Source: Verrucomicrobiota bacterium (GTDB lineage Bacteria; Verrucomicrobiota; Verrucomicrobiia; Opitutales; Cerasicoccaceae). Taken from it: a stretch of DNA of 64,000 bases. Location of the stretch: NCBI GenBank assembly GCA_039818205.1, contig JBCBUK010000001.1, forward strand, positions 384,001-448,000, in the 5' to 3' direction. Below the pieces are notes generated by a model, which was not told the origin of the DNA, made no database searches, and saw nothing but the letters and a program-made list of their open reading frames with translations. Position numbers and translations under genes: made by a program. Of this stretch, positions 49,738 through 59,506 are shown in pieces. How positions within the stretch are numbered: position 1 is the first letter of the stretch; every line of letters begins with the position of its first letter.

Positions 49738-51591
49738 CTACAGCGCATCCACCACCTGAACGCCGATTTCTTCGAGCAGTGTTCCCGACGCTTCAAAGAG
49801 ATCGACCCGCGACTTGGCTAGATCGTTCAAGACCGTGAGTTCACGCAGGCGCGCGTTCGACAAATCGGTATGAAAGTTCAAGGTGTCGTAGATTGATTTC
49901 TCGCCCGATTCGACCAAGATTTGCTCTTGGTCAATCTCTTGTTCAAAAAGCTCACGAAGCTCCTGCGCATTGGCGAGCCGTCGTTCCTGAAGCTCAATCT
50001 GCTCAAGCGCTGATGTGACCTCGTGCACGATCGTGTTCTCGATACTTGACCGCTCTAACATCAGCCGTCGACGGGCGCTGAGAACTTCGCGGACTCGATT
50101 GTCGGCTTCGACGTTTCCCCATGGACGGGAGAATACAACCCCCACCGAAACTTCCGGAAAGTCTGCCCGTACGGTTTCACCATAACTGCTAAAGGGATTG
50201 TCGGAGATACCGCGGAGGCCAGCCGACGCCACAATATCCAACTGAGGCAATTGCTCATCGCGCGCAGCGGTCAACTCATAGCGACTCCGCTCGATGGCCA
50301 AAGCGGCGCGATGGTAGTCCGGACGCCTCTGCAGTGCGCGGCCAATCAGGTATGACGCATTAAAATCCGGGGTCTCACCAACCACCCAACCCTCGGGCAA
50401 CGCATCCTGCATCGCCTCCCGTTCTGCGCGTCCGGTTGTGAGCAAGAACAACAACGAGCGAGCATCCTCCAAACGTTGCTCGGCTTGAAACAAGTCGTCA
50501 CGGCTCTCCGTAATTCTTGCCTGAATCGCAGCAATATCGCGAATTGATGCTTGTCCGCGTTCTACGTCCCGGCGTTTTTTCGACAGCAATGCCTGGAACA
50601 CGTCGATCTCAACTGCCTGCAATCGCATCTCCTGATAAGCCAAGAGAAAATCGTAGTATATGCGCATTGTTCGAGCGATGATGATGAGTACCTCACCGCG
50701 AAATTCCGTATCGGCAATACGCTTGTTCCGCTGAGCAATACGCAGCGGAGCCAGGTTGGCGTCCGTTCCAAATCCCCGCATCAAGGGCACCGTTAAATCG
50801 AGCCCAAAGAAGCTCTCAAACTCTGGATCAAAAACCGAGCGCTCGTCCTCGCGGGTCAAATCAGTGGTCGAGGCAACAAGCGTGCTTCTTAGGCCATAGG
50901 TCACGCCATAGGGCATGCGTTGCTCAAACTTCAACTCAACGGAACCGACGGATGCGTCAAATGGATTTGAGTTTCCGTTAAGTCCAACAAGGTCTTCAAC
51001 TTGACCGCCCGATGAGATAAACTCTTGAGTGTTCTGAGGCACGCGACTCTCGCGCAGCGTTCCGCTTGTCTCAAAGCGCGGATCAAAGGCACCGAAAGTT
51101 TGGCGCATACGGTAATCCTCAATCTCGATGACACTTCGCTGGATCTGAATATCAAAATTCTCTTCCAAAGCCATCTGAAGTGCCCATTGCAATGGCAACT
51201 TTGGGTAATGAACAGCAGGTCTTTCCGGGTTCGGTAACAGGTCTCGCAGATAAGCTGGACGCAAGTAGCGACGCTCAAACTGCTCCGCATGCAGATTGTC
51301 CAAAAACAACCAACCGCGAGATCCTTCGGACCATTCAGAAAGATATCCAGCCGGGTCCGCTTCTGGAGTAATCCGGGGCGTCATACCCGCCTGCTCTGGT
51401 TCCTCATCGAACAGCTCCGGCTCGACAAAAGGCAACGAATCAGCCGGATTCATTTCAACCGATTCCTCGGCCGGTATCCGGTCATCCCCCCGTCGAAAGT
51501 CGTAGTAACGCTTCTCCGTTGGCGTATCAACCTGCGCAGTCGCGACCGACAACCAAGTTAAAAAGAGGCATCCAATGAATTTGACCCACAT
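49738..51591 (-). CDS. TolC-family outer membrane efflux protein with an N-terminal extension
   Basis: Signal peptide. LQWALQMALEENFDIQ, GAFDPRF, LTVPLMRGFG, ALQRRPDY and DEQLPQLDIVAS follow the two-repeat outer membrane efflux pattern. Confidence 0.88.
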   Translation of the reverse strand: MWVKFIGCLFLTWLSVATAQVDTPTEKRYYDFRRGDDRIPAEESVEMNPADSLPFVEPELFDEEPEQAGMTPRITPEADPAGYLSEWSEGSRGWLFLDNLHAEQFERRYLRPAYLRDLLPNPERPAVHYPKLPLQWALQMALEENFDIQIQRSVIEIEDYRMRQTFGAFDPRFETSGTLRESRVPQNTQEFISSGGQVEDLVGLNGNSNPFDASVGSVELKFEQRMPYGVTYGLRSTLVASTTDLTREDERSVFDPEFESFFGLDLTVPLMRGFGTDANLAPLRIAQRNKRIADTEFRGEVLIIIARTMRIYYDFLLAYQEMRLQAVEIDVFQALLSKKRRDVERGQASIRDIAAIQARITESRDDLFQAEQRLEDARSLLFLLTTGRAEREAMQDALPEGWVVGETPDFNASYLIGRALQRRPDYHRAALAIERSRYELTAARDEQLPQLDIVASAGLRGISDNPFSSYGETVRADFPEVSVGVVFSRPWGNVEADNRVREVLSARRRLMLERSSIENTIVHEVTSALEQIELQERRLANAQELRELFEQEIDQEQILVESGEKSIYDTLNFHTDLSNARLRELTVLNDLAKSRVDLFEASGTLLEEIGVQVVDAL

Positions 51592-51620
51592 ACGCGATCG
51601 TTGTTGGGAGCAGGCACAGT

Positions 51621-51659
51621 AGAAAAGTTGAGGGAGAACTCACCGAGAACTCCCCCAAC
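51621..51659 (-). terminator. Probable intrinsic terminator after the hypothetical gene
   Basis: On the minus strand, GTTGGGGGAG-TT-CTC-GGT-GAG-TT-CTCCCTCAAC is followed by TTTTCT, about 27 nt past the stop at 51687. Confidence 0.6.
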
Positions 51660-51686
51660 CGATAAAACTGAAGCGGTGTCCAGTGC

Positions 51687-52469
51687 TTACTTGGTTACAC
51701 CAAGACGCTCGGCGAACTCCTTCAATGACTGTGCTTGAGTCGTAATGAAGAACGCTACGGTCAAGATACTGGCGAGGTGCTCGTTCTTGTTGAGTCCTGC
51801 GAAGTCGCCAACTCCGAGCTCACGAACCATGTCGCCGACTTCGGAAGTTACGAACACGCCACCGCCTTGTTGACCAGGCTGGGTCTTCAACTGAACGCTG
51901 CGAAGCTTGATGGTAAGCTTACCGCCAGTAACGTCGTTCTCGCTAACAACGCTGCCCTTGTTCGCCAATGCACGGCGGAGCTGGTAGATGCTCAAGATGT
52001 GCTCTTCTGAAGGAGAAGAGATCGAGTGTTTTTCCTTCAAGTAGCCAATCTTAGAAGGCAGATCCATGCGTGCGAACTCCATGCGCTCGTCTTGCAATGT
52101 CTTTTGGATGTCACCTTGCTGGTTGCCAGCCTTCCAATTGGAAAGAGTCGAAATAGTGCGGCAATCGTCGAGAAACAAAACAAGCACACCGAGAACTTCA
52201 TTCAAAGTCTGCTTGAGCAACCAAGTGTTGTACTCACGCTTGACCGAGGTGTAGTCCATGCGGCTCTTTTGCGAAGGCATTACGCGATTGGCACGAGAGA
52301 AATTCTCATACTCCTGCTCGCTCAGCATACGCTCAGCAGCCAACGAATAATTCATTACATCGTGGACGCGCTGAAGGGCTTCCAAGTAGTTGTTTACAAC
52401 TTCGCCCAGATTGATCTGAGTCGACTTATTTTCTGCTTCAGGCGCTGCAGGGACGGATTCTGATGACAT
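51687..52469 (-). CDS. Hypothetical protein (260 aa), predicted mostly helical
   Basis: Long ORF with protein-like composition and a downstream terminator. ATG at 52469 (MSSESVPAAP) preferred over the track's upstream start. Confidence 0.8.
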   Translation of the reverse strand: MSSESVPAAPEAENKSTQINLGEVVNNYLEALQRVHDVMNYSLAAERMLSEQEYENFSRANRVMPSQKSRMDYTSVKREYNTWLLKQTLNEVLGVLVLFLDDCRTISTLSNWKAGNQQGDIQKTLQDERMEFARMDLPSKIGYLKEKHSISSPSEEHILSIYQLRRALANKGSVVSENDVTGGKLTIKLRSVQLKTQPGQQGGGVFVTSEVGDMVRELGVGDFAGLNKNEHLASILTVAFFITTQAQSLKEFAERLGVTK

Positions 52470-53052
52470 AGTATTTGGATGTGGTTTGGTTTTACAAGAG
52501 ATCTCTCTCAATAAGAAATCATAGAACAGGGTTACGGACCAAAACCGCTTTTGTTTTAACTAACAATGGTTTTTTTCGAAAAAATTGCGTTACAGGAAAA
52601 TCAAAACCCAAAGATTATTGTTCCTAATAGTTTTGAACAAAAACCATTAAATCCGTAAAGAAACAGCGTTGCAACAAATGAGCTTCGCGATCGCCACCTA
52701 AACGATACCAACGAATCGAAAATGGCACATTAAATAGTCAACCTTTTCACAGAACTAGGAACAATAACCTAGCAGCTTAAATCCCCATGACCGACACCTC
52801 ATAAACAAGAGGAGAGAATCAAGGACAGGTTCGATGTAGACATACGGTATCGACACCGCAGGCCATCGTCGCGAGATAAACGACCAGCCTTCGACAGCGG
52901 GTCAGTAGAAATAACCGAGAAATTTCGATCTGAGCTTATACTCCGCGACTACCGAGGAACAGGTAACGGAATTAAGAAGATCGATCTAGTCGCGAGTAGT
53001 TTGGGAATAAAACGCCAACGTTCCAAGGCACAAGGCATTCGAAATTGGGCAC

Positions 53053-53082
53053 AAAAAAGCAGGCCGGTATCTACCGGCCTGC
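53053..53082 (-). terminator. Intrinsic terminator of the fasciclin gene
   Basis: Perfect stem GCAGGCCGGT-AGAT-ACCGGCCTGC followed by TTTTTT on the minus strand. Confidence 0.9.
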
Positions 53083-53104
53083 CAAGAAAGTCTACCAAAT
53101 CCAA

Positions 53105-53656
53105 TTAGCCCTGAGTGGACTCTGGTGGAAGGATCACGGTATCAATTACGTGAATGACGCCATTACCGGTGACGATATCCGTTGCGACAACGTTTGCTCC
53201 GTCAATGGTAACACCGGATTCAGACACCTCAACGGATGCAGACGCACCGTTGGCTGTTGCAACCTTACCGGTTTGAACGTCTGCTGCCATAACCTTACCA
53301 GGAACAACGTGGTAGGTCAGAATTGCAGCGAGCTTGTCTTTGTTCTCTGGCTTCAAGAGACTTTCGACAGTGCCAGCAGGGAGCTTAGCAAATGCTTCGT
53401 CGGTTGGAGCGAACACAGTGTATGGACCTTCGCCTTGAAGAGTCTCAACGAGATCAGCAGCAGCTACTGCAGTCACCAAGGTTTGAAACTTACCCGAAGC
53501 CATCGCGGTTGTGACGATGTCGGTATTTTGAACGCTTTGGGTGAGGTTCTTCGCTTTGCTTGGGCAAGATCCGCAGCTGCCGCAGCTGCCAGCGAATGCT
53601 TGAGTGGATCCGAGGAGCAAACCGCTAATGAGCGTAACTTTAATTATGTTTTTCAT
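53105..53656 (-). CDS. Secreted fasciclin (FAS1) domain protein
   Basis: Signal peptide ending AFA. FAS1 motifs [22 protein letters not shown] and [13 protein letters not shown]. Confidence 0.95.
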   Translation of the reverse strand: MKNIIKVTLISGLLLGSTQAFAGSCGSCGSCPSKAKNLTQSVQNTDIVTTAMASGKFQTLVTAVAAADLVETLQGEGPYTVFAPTDEAFAKLPAGTVESLLKPENKDKLAAILTYHVVPGKVMAADVQTGKVATANGASASVEVSESGVTIDGANVVATDIVTGNGVIHVIDTVILPPESTQG

Positions 53657-53799
53657 ATCGATACTGGGTTAAGAGTTCTGGAGTTACGACTAAGACTAAA
53701 TCTCAAAAATGCAAATTGTGGAGCTCATTTTCCTAAAAATGTGCAAAATCGATCATCGGTCATCGTATTGGAAACACTGCAAATTCAGCATTTCCCGTG

Positions 53800-54519
53800 C
53801 TAGACTGGCTGTTCCGCGTCAGGAAACAAGGCGTCTCGAATCGCTGGGCGGATTGCATCGTAGTCATGATCTGGACTCAGTGGCTTCCAACCGACGCCGT
53901 CCAGGTAGAAATCGTAGTTTCTGAATCGGACGGATTCTGGTGTCACGTCATTCATCCCCTCAAACAGCGGTAAACCTTCGCTGAGCAGGTGGGACCCCTT
54001 CGACAGGCTGATAAGGCCCATGACAATCGTTTCGTCATTTGGACCATCAGGAGCCAGGTCGCCGCAGGCGCGCGCCTGCGCCATGATCTCGTAGCAGGTG
54101 CCCATGCATTGCGCTGAGGCTTCCTGCCACCCCAGCTGCTGGGCCTCAGCGGTTTTCTCCCAGAGCGATTTCGTGCGGGCAAGCTGCATTACCTCGAACC
54201 CATTGCAGATATGATGGGCGAGGACTTCATCAGCAATCCCGATCGCACACATACGCTCACGCGGCGGGCCATCATGGGTCAGCGCGCGGGCGAAATACTC
54301 TGCCCGGCGTCTAAAATGGTCGACCGCCACGGCCAGGACGAGATCCTCCTTGTTTTTAAAGTGATTGTAGATCGTGGCTTTCGAATATTCGATCGTCGCG
54401 GCAAGCTCATCCAGGTTAAGCCCCAGATACCCGCCAGCCGCCAACAATCGGTCAGCCTCACGGATAATTAGCTGGGTTCTTTCAGCCCACTCACGTTGTT
54501 TTCGTGTCAGGATACTCAT
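53800..54519 (-). CDS. TetR/AcrR family transcriptional regulator
   Basis: Helix-turn-helix GYLGLNLDELAATIEYSKATIYNHFKNKEDLV. Divergent from the RND genes. Confidence 0.93.
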   Translation of the reverse strand: MSILTRKQREWAERTQLIIREADRLLAAGGYLGLNLDELAATIEYSKATIYNHFKNKEDLVLAVAVDHFRRRAEYFARALTHDGPPRERMCAIGIADEVLAHHICNGFEVMQLARTKSLWEKTAEAQQLGWQEASAQCMGTCYEIMAQARACGDLAPDGPNDETIVMGLISLSKGSHLLSEGLPLFEGMNDVTPESVRFRNYDFYLDGVGWKPLSPDHDYDAIRPAIRDALFPDAEQPV

Positions 54520-54544
54520 TTAATTTCGAATAAACATTCACGAG

Positions 54545-54576
54545 AATTGACTATTTTTCAAGTTGTGACTTAAAGT
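54545..54576 (+). promoter_or_regulatory. Candidate sigma70 promoter and TetR operator for the RND operon
   Basis: TTGACT (54547-54552), 18 nt, TAAAGT (54571-54576). The inverted repeat TTGA-N7-TCAA overlaps the -35 element. Confidence 0.4.
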
Positions 54577-54586
54577 TAAGAAAAAG

Positions 54587-55675
54587 ATGAGAGTTAAACC
54601 ATCACTACTAATAGTCCTGCTGGCCCTATCGGGATGCGGCAAGGCTCCGGAAGCGCCAAACGCTCCCCGGGTTCTCAAGGTGGATACCGGACAAATCGTC
54701 GCTCAAGGCAGTTTGACCCGCGAATCACGCTTTTTTGGCCTCATCGAGCCCCGCCAAACCAGCGAGCTCGCCTTCGAACTTTCCGGAACCGTTGAAGAGA
54801 TATTCACCAACGAGGGCGACGACATCAGAAAAGGTGACCGTCTCGCCCGGCTTGATCACGCACGCCTAGAGGCCAGAATAACTGCGGCCGACGCGGCCGT
54901 CAACGAAGCGGATGCCACCCGCCACCTAGCTGAGATCACTTTTGAGCGACTTGATCGGCTTCTGTTGGAAGATGCGGCCTCCCAGCAAGAACTAGACGAA
55001 GCGCATCAAGCACTGCGCGTGGCACAGGCAACGGTTGACCGCTTGAAGGCAGAAGCTGACGCCCTGCGGGTGGACCTATCCAAAACGACGCTCTACGCGC
55101 CTTACGACGGATCGGTTGTTCGACGTTATGTCGATGAGGGTGCCAGTATTGGTCCCGCCCGAGCAGTCCTGCAAGTCATCGAAAACGAAACTTTGGAAGC
55201 AAGGATCGGCCTAGCTCCCGATGCCGCGCAAGGCCTTGAAGTAGGCGACGAAGTCAATTTGCGCCTACCAGGCAAGCCTCACGAAGCATTCACGGGAAGC
55301 ATTCTCCGACTGATTCCGTTGCGCGAAAGCCGCACGCGAACGGTTGATGTAATTGTCGATATACTGGCTCCCGGAATTCATTTGCATCCCGGTGATGCAG
55401 TTGAGGTTGTCCTCCCGCGGCAAGAAAAAGCACCGGGATTTTGGATTCCTCGAGAATCGCTCACCGAGAACGTTCGTGGTCTTTGGTCGGTGTTCGTTGT
55501 CGACGAAAACGAAGACGGACATCCCGTAGTTTCTCGCGAGCCCGTCGAGATCATCCACTTTGAATCCGACCGAGTCTACGTCCATGGACCATTGGATTCT
55601 GGCGATCAGATTGTTATCTCCGGGATACATCGACTGGCTCCAGGCCAACGCGTTGATCCACAAGTCGGTTCATAG
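54587..55675 (+). CDS. RND efflux periplasmic adaptor lipoprotein
   Basis: Lipobox LSGC. LAFELSGTVEEIFTNEGDDIRKGDRLARLD, LYAPYDGSV, GIHRLAPGQRV. Confidence 0.93.
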   Translation: MRVKPSLLIVLLALSGCGKAPEAPNAPRVLKVDTGQIVAQGSLTRESRFFGLIEPRQTSELAFELSGTVEEIFTNEGDDIRKGDRLARLDHARLEARITAADAAVNEADATRHLAEITFERLDRLLLEDAASQQELDEAHQALRVAQATVDRLKAEADALRVDLSKTTLYAPYDGSVVRRYVDEGASIGPARAVLQVIENETLEARIGLAPDAAQGLEVGDEVNLRLPGKPHEAFTGSILRLIPLRESRTRTVDVIVDILAPGIHLHPGDAVEVVLPRQEKAPGFWIPRESLTENVRGLWSVFVVDENEDGHPVVSREPVEIIHFESDRVYVHGPLDSGDQIVISGIHRLAPGQRVDPQVGS

Positions 55676-55677
55676 CA

Positions 55678-58600
55678 GTGAAAGATTCGCGGCCACCACA
55701 CCTGCTTGTCCGACTCTTCTACGAGAACCGGCACCTGCTGATATTGACCATCGTGCTAATCATGGTGGGTGGATGGACGGCGTTGCAATCGATGCCACGA
55801 CTCGAAGACCCTGTCATCGTAAACCGCAACCCACAGATCATCACCGCGTTTCCCGGGGCAACGGCTGACCGCGTCGAGGCATTGGTGAGTGAACCGATCG
55901 AACAAGCACTGCTCGAGGTTCCAGGGATCAAGTTCATCCAATCAAACTCGCGCAACGGCATCTCACTCATCGTAATCGAACTGCTTGACTCGATCAACGA
56001 GCCAGAAAACAAACGAGTCTTTTCCGAGATTAGAGATCGCTTAGGCGATGTGAATGCGCAGCTTCCCGAGGGCGTTCAAGCCCCGTTCTTTGATGACAAA
56101 CGCAACGCGGTCGCCTTCACGATGATCACCGCGCTTACCTGGCCAAACGACGAAACCAATCCACGTATACTGACACGCGTCGCAGAAGACCTAGCGCGGC
56201 GTTTACGGACGATTCCTGGCACAGAGCTCGTCCGACTCTACGGTGCCGCTGACGAGGAGATATCAGTCGAGGTAGACCCTATCCGGCTGGCCAGTCTTGG
56301 CCTGCGCATGACTGAAATCGTTACCGCCCTAGAACTGGCGGATAGCAAGACCCCGTCCGGCGCAGTCTATACGGAATCGGCCGACTTCACTCTAGAGGTC
56401 GCAGGTGAGCTCGATTCGCTCGACCGGATCGCTGAGACCCCAGTTGCCCAAGACGCTAATGGTCGAACGGTGCGCCTCTCCGATATCGCTAAAATCGGCC
56501 GCGGCGAACGGGCACCACCAAACACGATTGCCCTGATCGATGGCCAGCGCACTGTCTTGGTTGGTGCACGAGTCCGCCCAGACAGCTTGGTGAGCACATG
56601 GACGGAACGCTCACAGGAAAAGCTCCAAGAATTTAGGCAAGAGGTTGCTGGAGGAATCGAAGTCGAAGCCATCTTTCTCCAGGACGAGTACATCACCGAT
56701 CGTTTGCGCTCGTTAACGGAGAATCTTCTGCTTGGAGCTGGCGTCATCATTATAGCTATCCTTCTCACCATGGGCTACCGCTCAGCGTTGATCGTGAGTT
56801 TTGCCCTCCCCCTCACCGCGGCATTAACGCTATTCGTCATTAACATCAGCGGCGGTAAGCTACACCAAATGTCGATCTTCGGCATGATCATCGCACTCGG
56901 CCTCCTGATTGACAACGCGATCGTCGTTACCGATGAAGTAAGAAAACACAAACGCGCGGGCCATGGTCATGTCGACGCCGCGTCGCGCGCAATCAGGCAC
57001 CTTGCACTTCCACTTTTCTCGTCGACGATTACGACGGTACTATCCTTCATGCCGATCGCATTGCTCTCCGGCGGTGCCGGAGACTTCGTAGGTTCAATCG
57101 CAATTAGCGTTATTATAGCCGTGCTTGGTTCCTATGCGATTTCATTAACCGTTATCGCTTCACTCGCGGCCAGTGGCCGAACCGGGACGGCGACCAAGCC
57201 CGGTCCATTTGAATGGCTAAGGAGCGGAATCAATGGCCGCCCAATCGCTGGCCTAGCCCGCCGTATATTGCGCTTCTTCGCTAAGCATCCCTTGGTTGCG
57301 ATCGGCGCTAATCTGATAGTTCCCATCGCTGGATTCACCTTGGCTGGCACCCTTGGTAATCAATTCTTTCCACGGACGGATCGCGACATGTTCGAGATCG
57401 ACCTTTGGCTTCCGCAGGGCACATCCATTGCCCAAACACAGCGCTATACCAGGGAGGTCGAGGCATTTCTCCAGGCCGATCCCGCGGTAAACCGCGTATC
57501 GTGGACAATTGGTTCGAGTTACCCAACCGTCTACTACAACCTGATCATGAACCAAGACGGATCGCCGCACTACGCGCACGCAACCGTATGGACCGATGAT
57601 CCCGATGCCACTGACCGCATCGTGCGGAAGACTCAGGCATGGGCCGACGAACACCATCGAGCCGTTCAGCTCGTTGCTCGCAAGTTTGCTCAAGGACCGC
57701 CAGCTGACTCAGATGTTGAATTCCGCATCTATGGGCCAGATATTATGACGCTGCGTGAACTGGGCGACCAGGTCCGCGTCGTCCTTGCGGAGCATCCGGA
57801 AATCTTGCACACGCAAACGACCATTCCTCCCGGTGAACCCAAGATCTGGGCAACACTGGACGACGAACAACTAGGCCTCGCCAACCTATCACCGGTCGGT
57901 GCTGCCAACCAACTTGAGTCGCAACTGCGTGGCTTCACGGCGGGCGTCGTCATCGAAGGCGTTGAGGATATACCGATTCGGGTTCGCCGCCCAAACGCCG
58001 ACCGCAACTCCGTTGCGAATGCGTCCGACTTCGTGTTCACCCCGACTAATGCTCAACCCAACGAATGGATTCCACTCGAAGCACTTGGCAAACTCGAGTT
58101 GCTACCCAGCGTCGCAGGTATCGAACGCCGCAACCAACAACGGATGAACAAAGTCCTCGGCTTTGCCCAAACTGGAGCCCTGCCAATTGACATCACGAAT
58201 AACGTTCTCGCGGAACTCGATGAACGCGGGTTCCAGCTACCGCCTGGGTATCGAATCGAACTCGGTGGCGAATCAGAAAACCAAGGTAATGCAGTGGGCA
58301 ACCTCGCAAAGTTTCTACCTGTTTTGGTCGTCGCAATGATGGGTGTCTTGATCCTCAGTTTCCGCTCGGTCCGGCACGCGGGTATCCTCATTATCGGTGC
58401 ACCACTAGCCGTCGGCTACGGTCTCTTTGCGACTTGGCTCCTGGGCTTTCCACTGAGCTTCAACACCATCATCGGATCCATGGGGTTGATGGGACTCGCC
58501 TTCAACGACAACATCGTCGTCCTTGCTGCCATTACAGCAAAGGCCCGCAAGGATGGCATCGATATCGACTCGATCGTTCATGAAACACTGGATTGCGGAC

Positions 58601-58806
58601 GGCACTTGATATCCACAACCCTTACAACCATCGGGAGCTTTATGCCGTTGCTCTTGATTATTGGCGGCGAGTTCTGGCCCCCTCTAGCAATTGTCCTCGT
58701 TGGCGGTGTTGGTGGTGCGACGCTGATCGCTTTTACCTTAACGCCATCTCTCTACTCGCTTCTATTTGTGAGCCGGAAGAATAAAACAAACGGACAAACC
58801 GCCTAA
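55678..58806 (+). CDS. RND efflux permease (AcrB/AcrD/AcrF family)
   Basis: 1042 aa. PRLEDP, FPGATADRVEALVSEPIE, GMIIALGLLIDNAIVV, QFFPRTDR, and a 12-transmembrane pattern. Confidence 0.95.
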   Translation: MKDSRPPHLLVRLFYENRHLLILTIVLIMVGGWTALQSMPRLEDPVIVNRNPQIITAFPGATADRVEALVSEPIEQALLEVPGIKFIQSNSRNGISLIVIELLDSINEPENKRVFSEIRDRLGDVNAQLPEGVQAPFFDDKRNAVAFTMITALTWPNDETNPRILTRVAEDLARRLRTIPGTELVRLYGAADEEISVEVDPIRLASLGLRMTEIVTALELADSKTPSGAVYTESADFTLEVAGELDSLDRIAETPVAQDANGRTVRLSDIAKIGRGERAPPNTIALIDGQRTVLVGARVRPDSLVSTWTERSQEKLQEFRQEVAGGIEVEAIFLQDEYITDRLRSLTENLLLGAGVIIIAILLTMGYRSALIVSFALPLTAALTLFVINISGGKLHQMSIFGMIIALGLLIDNAIVVTDEVRKHKRAGHGHVDAASRAIRHLALPLFSSTITTVLSFMPIALLSGGAGDFVGSIAISVIIAVLGSYAISLTVIASLAASGRTGTATKPGPFEWLRSGINGRPIAGLARRILRFFAKHPLVAIGANLIVPIAGFTLAGTLGNQFFPRTDRDMFEIDLWLPQGTSIAQTQRYTREVEAFLQADPAVNRVSWTIGSSYPTVYYNLIMNQDGSPHYAHATVWTDDPDATDRIVRKTQAWADEHHRAVQLVARKFAQGPPADSDVEFRIYGPDIMTLRELGDQVRVVLAEHPEILHTQTTIPPGEPKIWATLDDEQLGLANLSPVGAANQLESQLRGFTAGVVIEGVEDIPIRVRRPNADRNSVANASDFVFTPTNAQPNEWIPLEALGKLELLPSVAGIERRNQQRMNKVLGFAQTGALPIDITNNVLAELDERGFQLPPGYRIELGGESENQGNAVGNLAKFLPVLVVAMMGVLILSFRSVRHAGILIIGAPLAVGYGLFATWLLGFPLSFNTIIGSMGLMGLAFNDNIVVLAAITAKARKDGIDIDSIVHETLDCGRHLISTTLTTIGSFMPLLLIIGGEFWPPLAIVLVGGVGGATLIAFTLTPSLYSLLFVSRKNKTNGQTA

Positions 58807-58843
58807 CGTATGAGCGGCTCATTGGACATCGTGCGTGGACCGA

Positions 58844-59506
58844 TCACTTCGCCTGCACCGCAAGTTCCTGAATATTACGGCCATTGCACGCAAATATGCG
58901 ATCATCGCGATCACGATTCAGGGTCACAAAACTAGTAGTTCCGCCAAAAGCCGGAAGAATCGCGTGTTGCTGGCGCAACCAAAATGCTTTTGATCGAAAT
59001 GCACAACCCACTCCATCCCGGTATCTGATGCCCGGATGCAAGTGACCGCAAAGCGGATAAAGACTCGGATGCTCACAAGGTTCATGTGCCATTAAGAACG
59101 GACCCACTTCAAGCGGTTCGCCATGGCGCTCAACGAAGTCTATATCCTGTTTTCGCAATGACCGCCGGTCATGGTTACCATCAACCAGAGCTAGCGTGAC
59201 TCCCTGCTGGTCGACCCAGCCCTTCAATCGCTGCAACGTTTCCGGTTCTACCGATGCTTGACCATGAAACAGATCACCCAGCACCAGCAGCTGCTTCGCG
59301 TTCGTTCGATCAAGCAATGCTGCCAGTCGATCCAAGTCTCGCTGATCATTTCCTTCCGGGAGAAACAATCCGCGATCTCGGTGCACTTGACTCCGCCCAA
59401 GATGGATATCCGCAACAATGAGCATCGCCTGGTTTGGCCAATGAATCGCGTGGTCCGCCCAAAGGACCAACTCGTCGCCCGCCACCTGAAGGCTTATACA
59501 TTCCAT
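58844..59506 (-). CDS. pdeM: Ligase-associated DNA damage response metallophosphoesterase/endonuclease
   Basis: ADIHLG, LGDLFH, GNHD, HEP, GHLHPG, LPAFG. Abuts the Lhr-like helicase. Confidence 0.88.
   Translation of the reverse strand: MECISLQVAGDELVLWADHAIHWPNQAMLIVADIHLGRSQVHRDRGLFLPEGNDQRDLDRLAALLDRTNAKQLLVLGDLFHGQASVEPETLQRLKGWVDQQGVTLALVDGNHDRRSLRKQDIDFVERHGEPLEVGPFLMAHEPCEHPSLYPLCGHLHPGIRYRDGVGCAFRSKAFWLRQQHAILPAFGGTTSFVTLNRDRDDRIFACNGRNIQELAVQAK

Noticed and set aside
53045..53803. 252-aa plus-strand ORF (and similar overlapping ORFs such as 59258-59785)
   Set aside because: Antisense to well-supported genes (fasciclin, pdeM/helicase) and without motifs.
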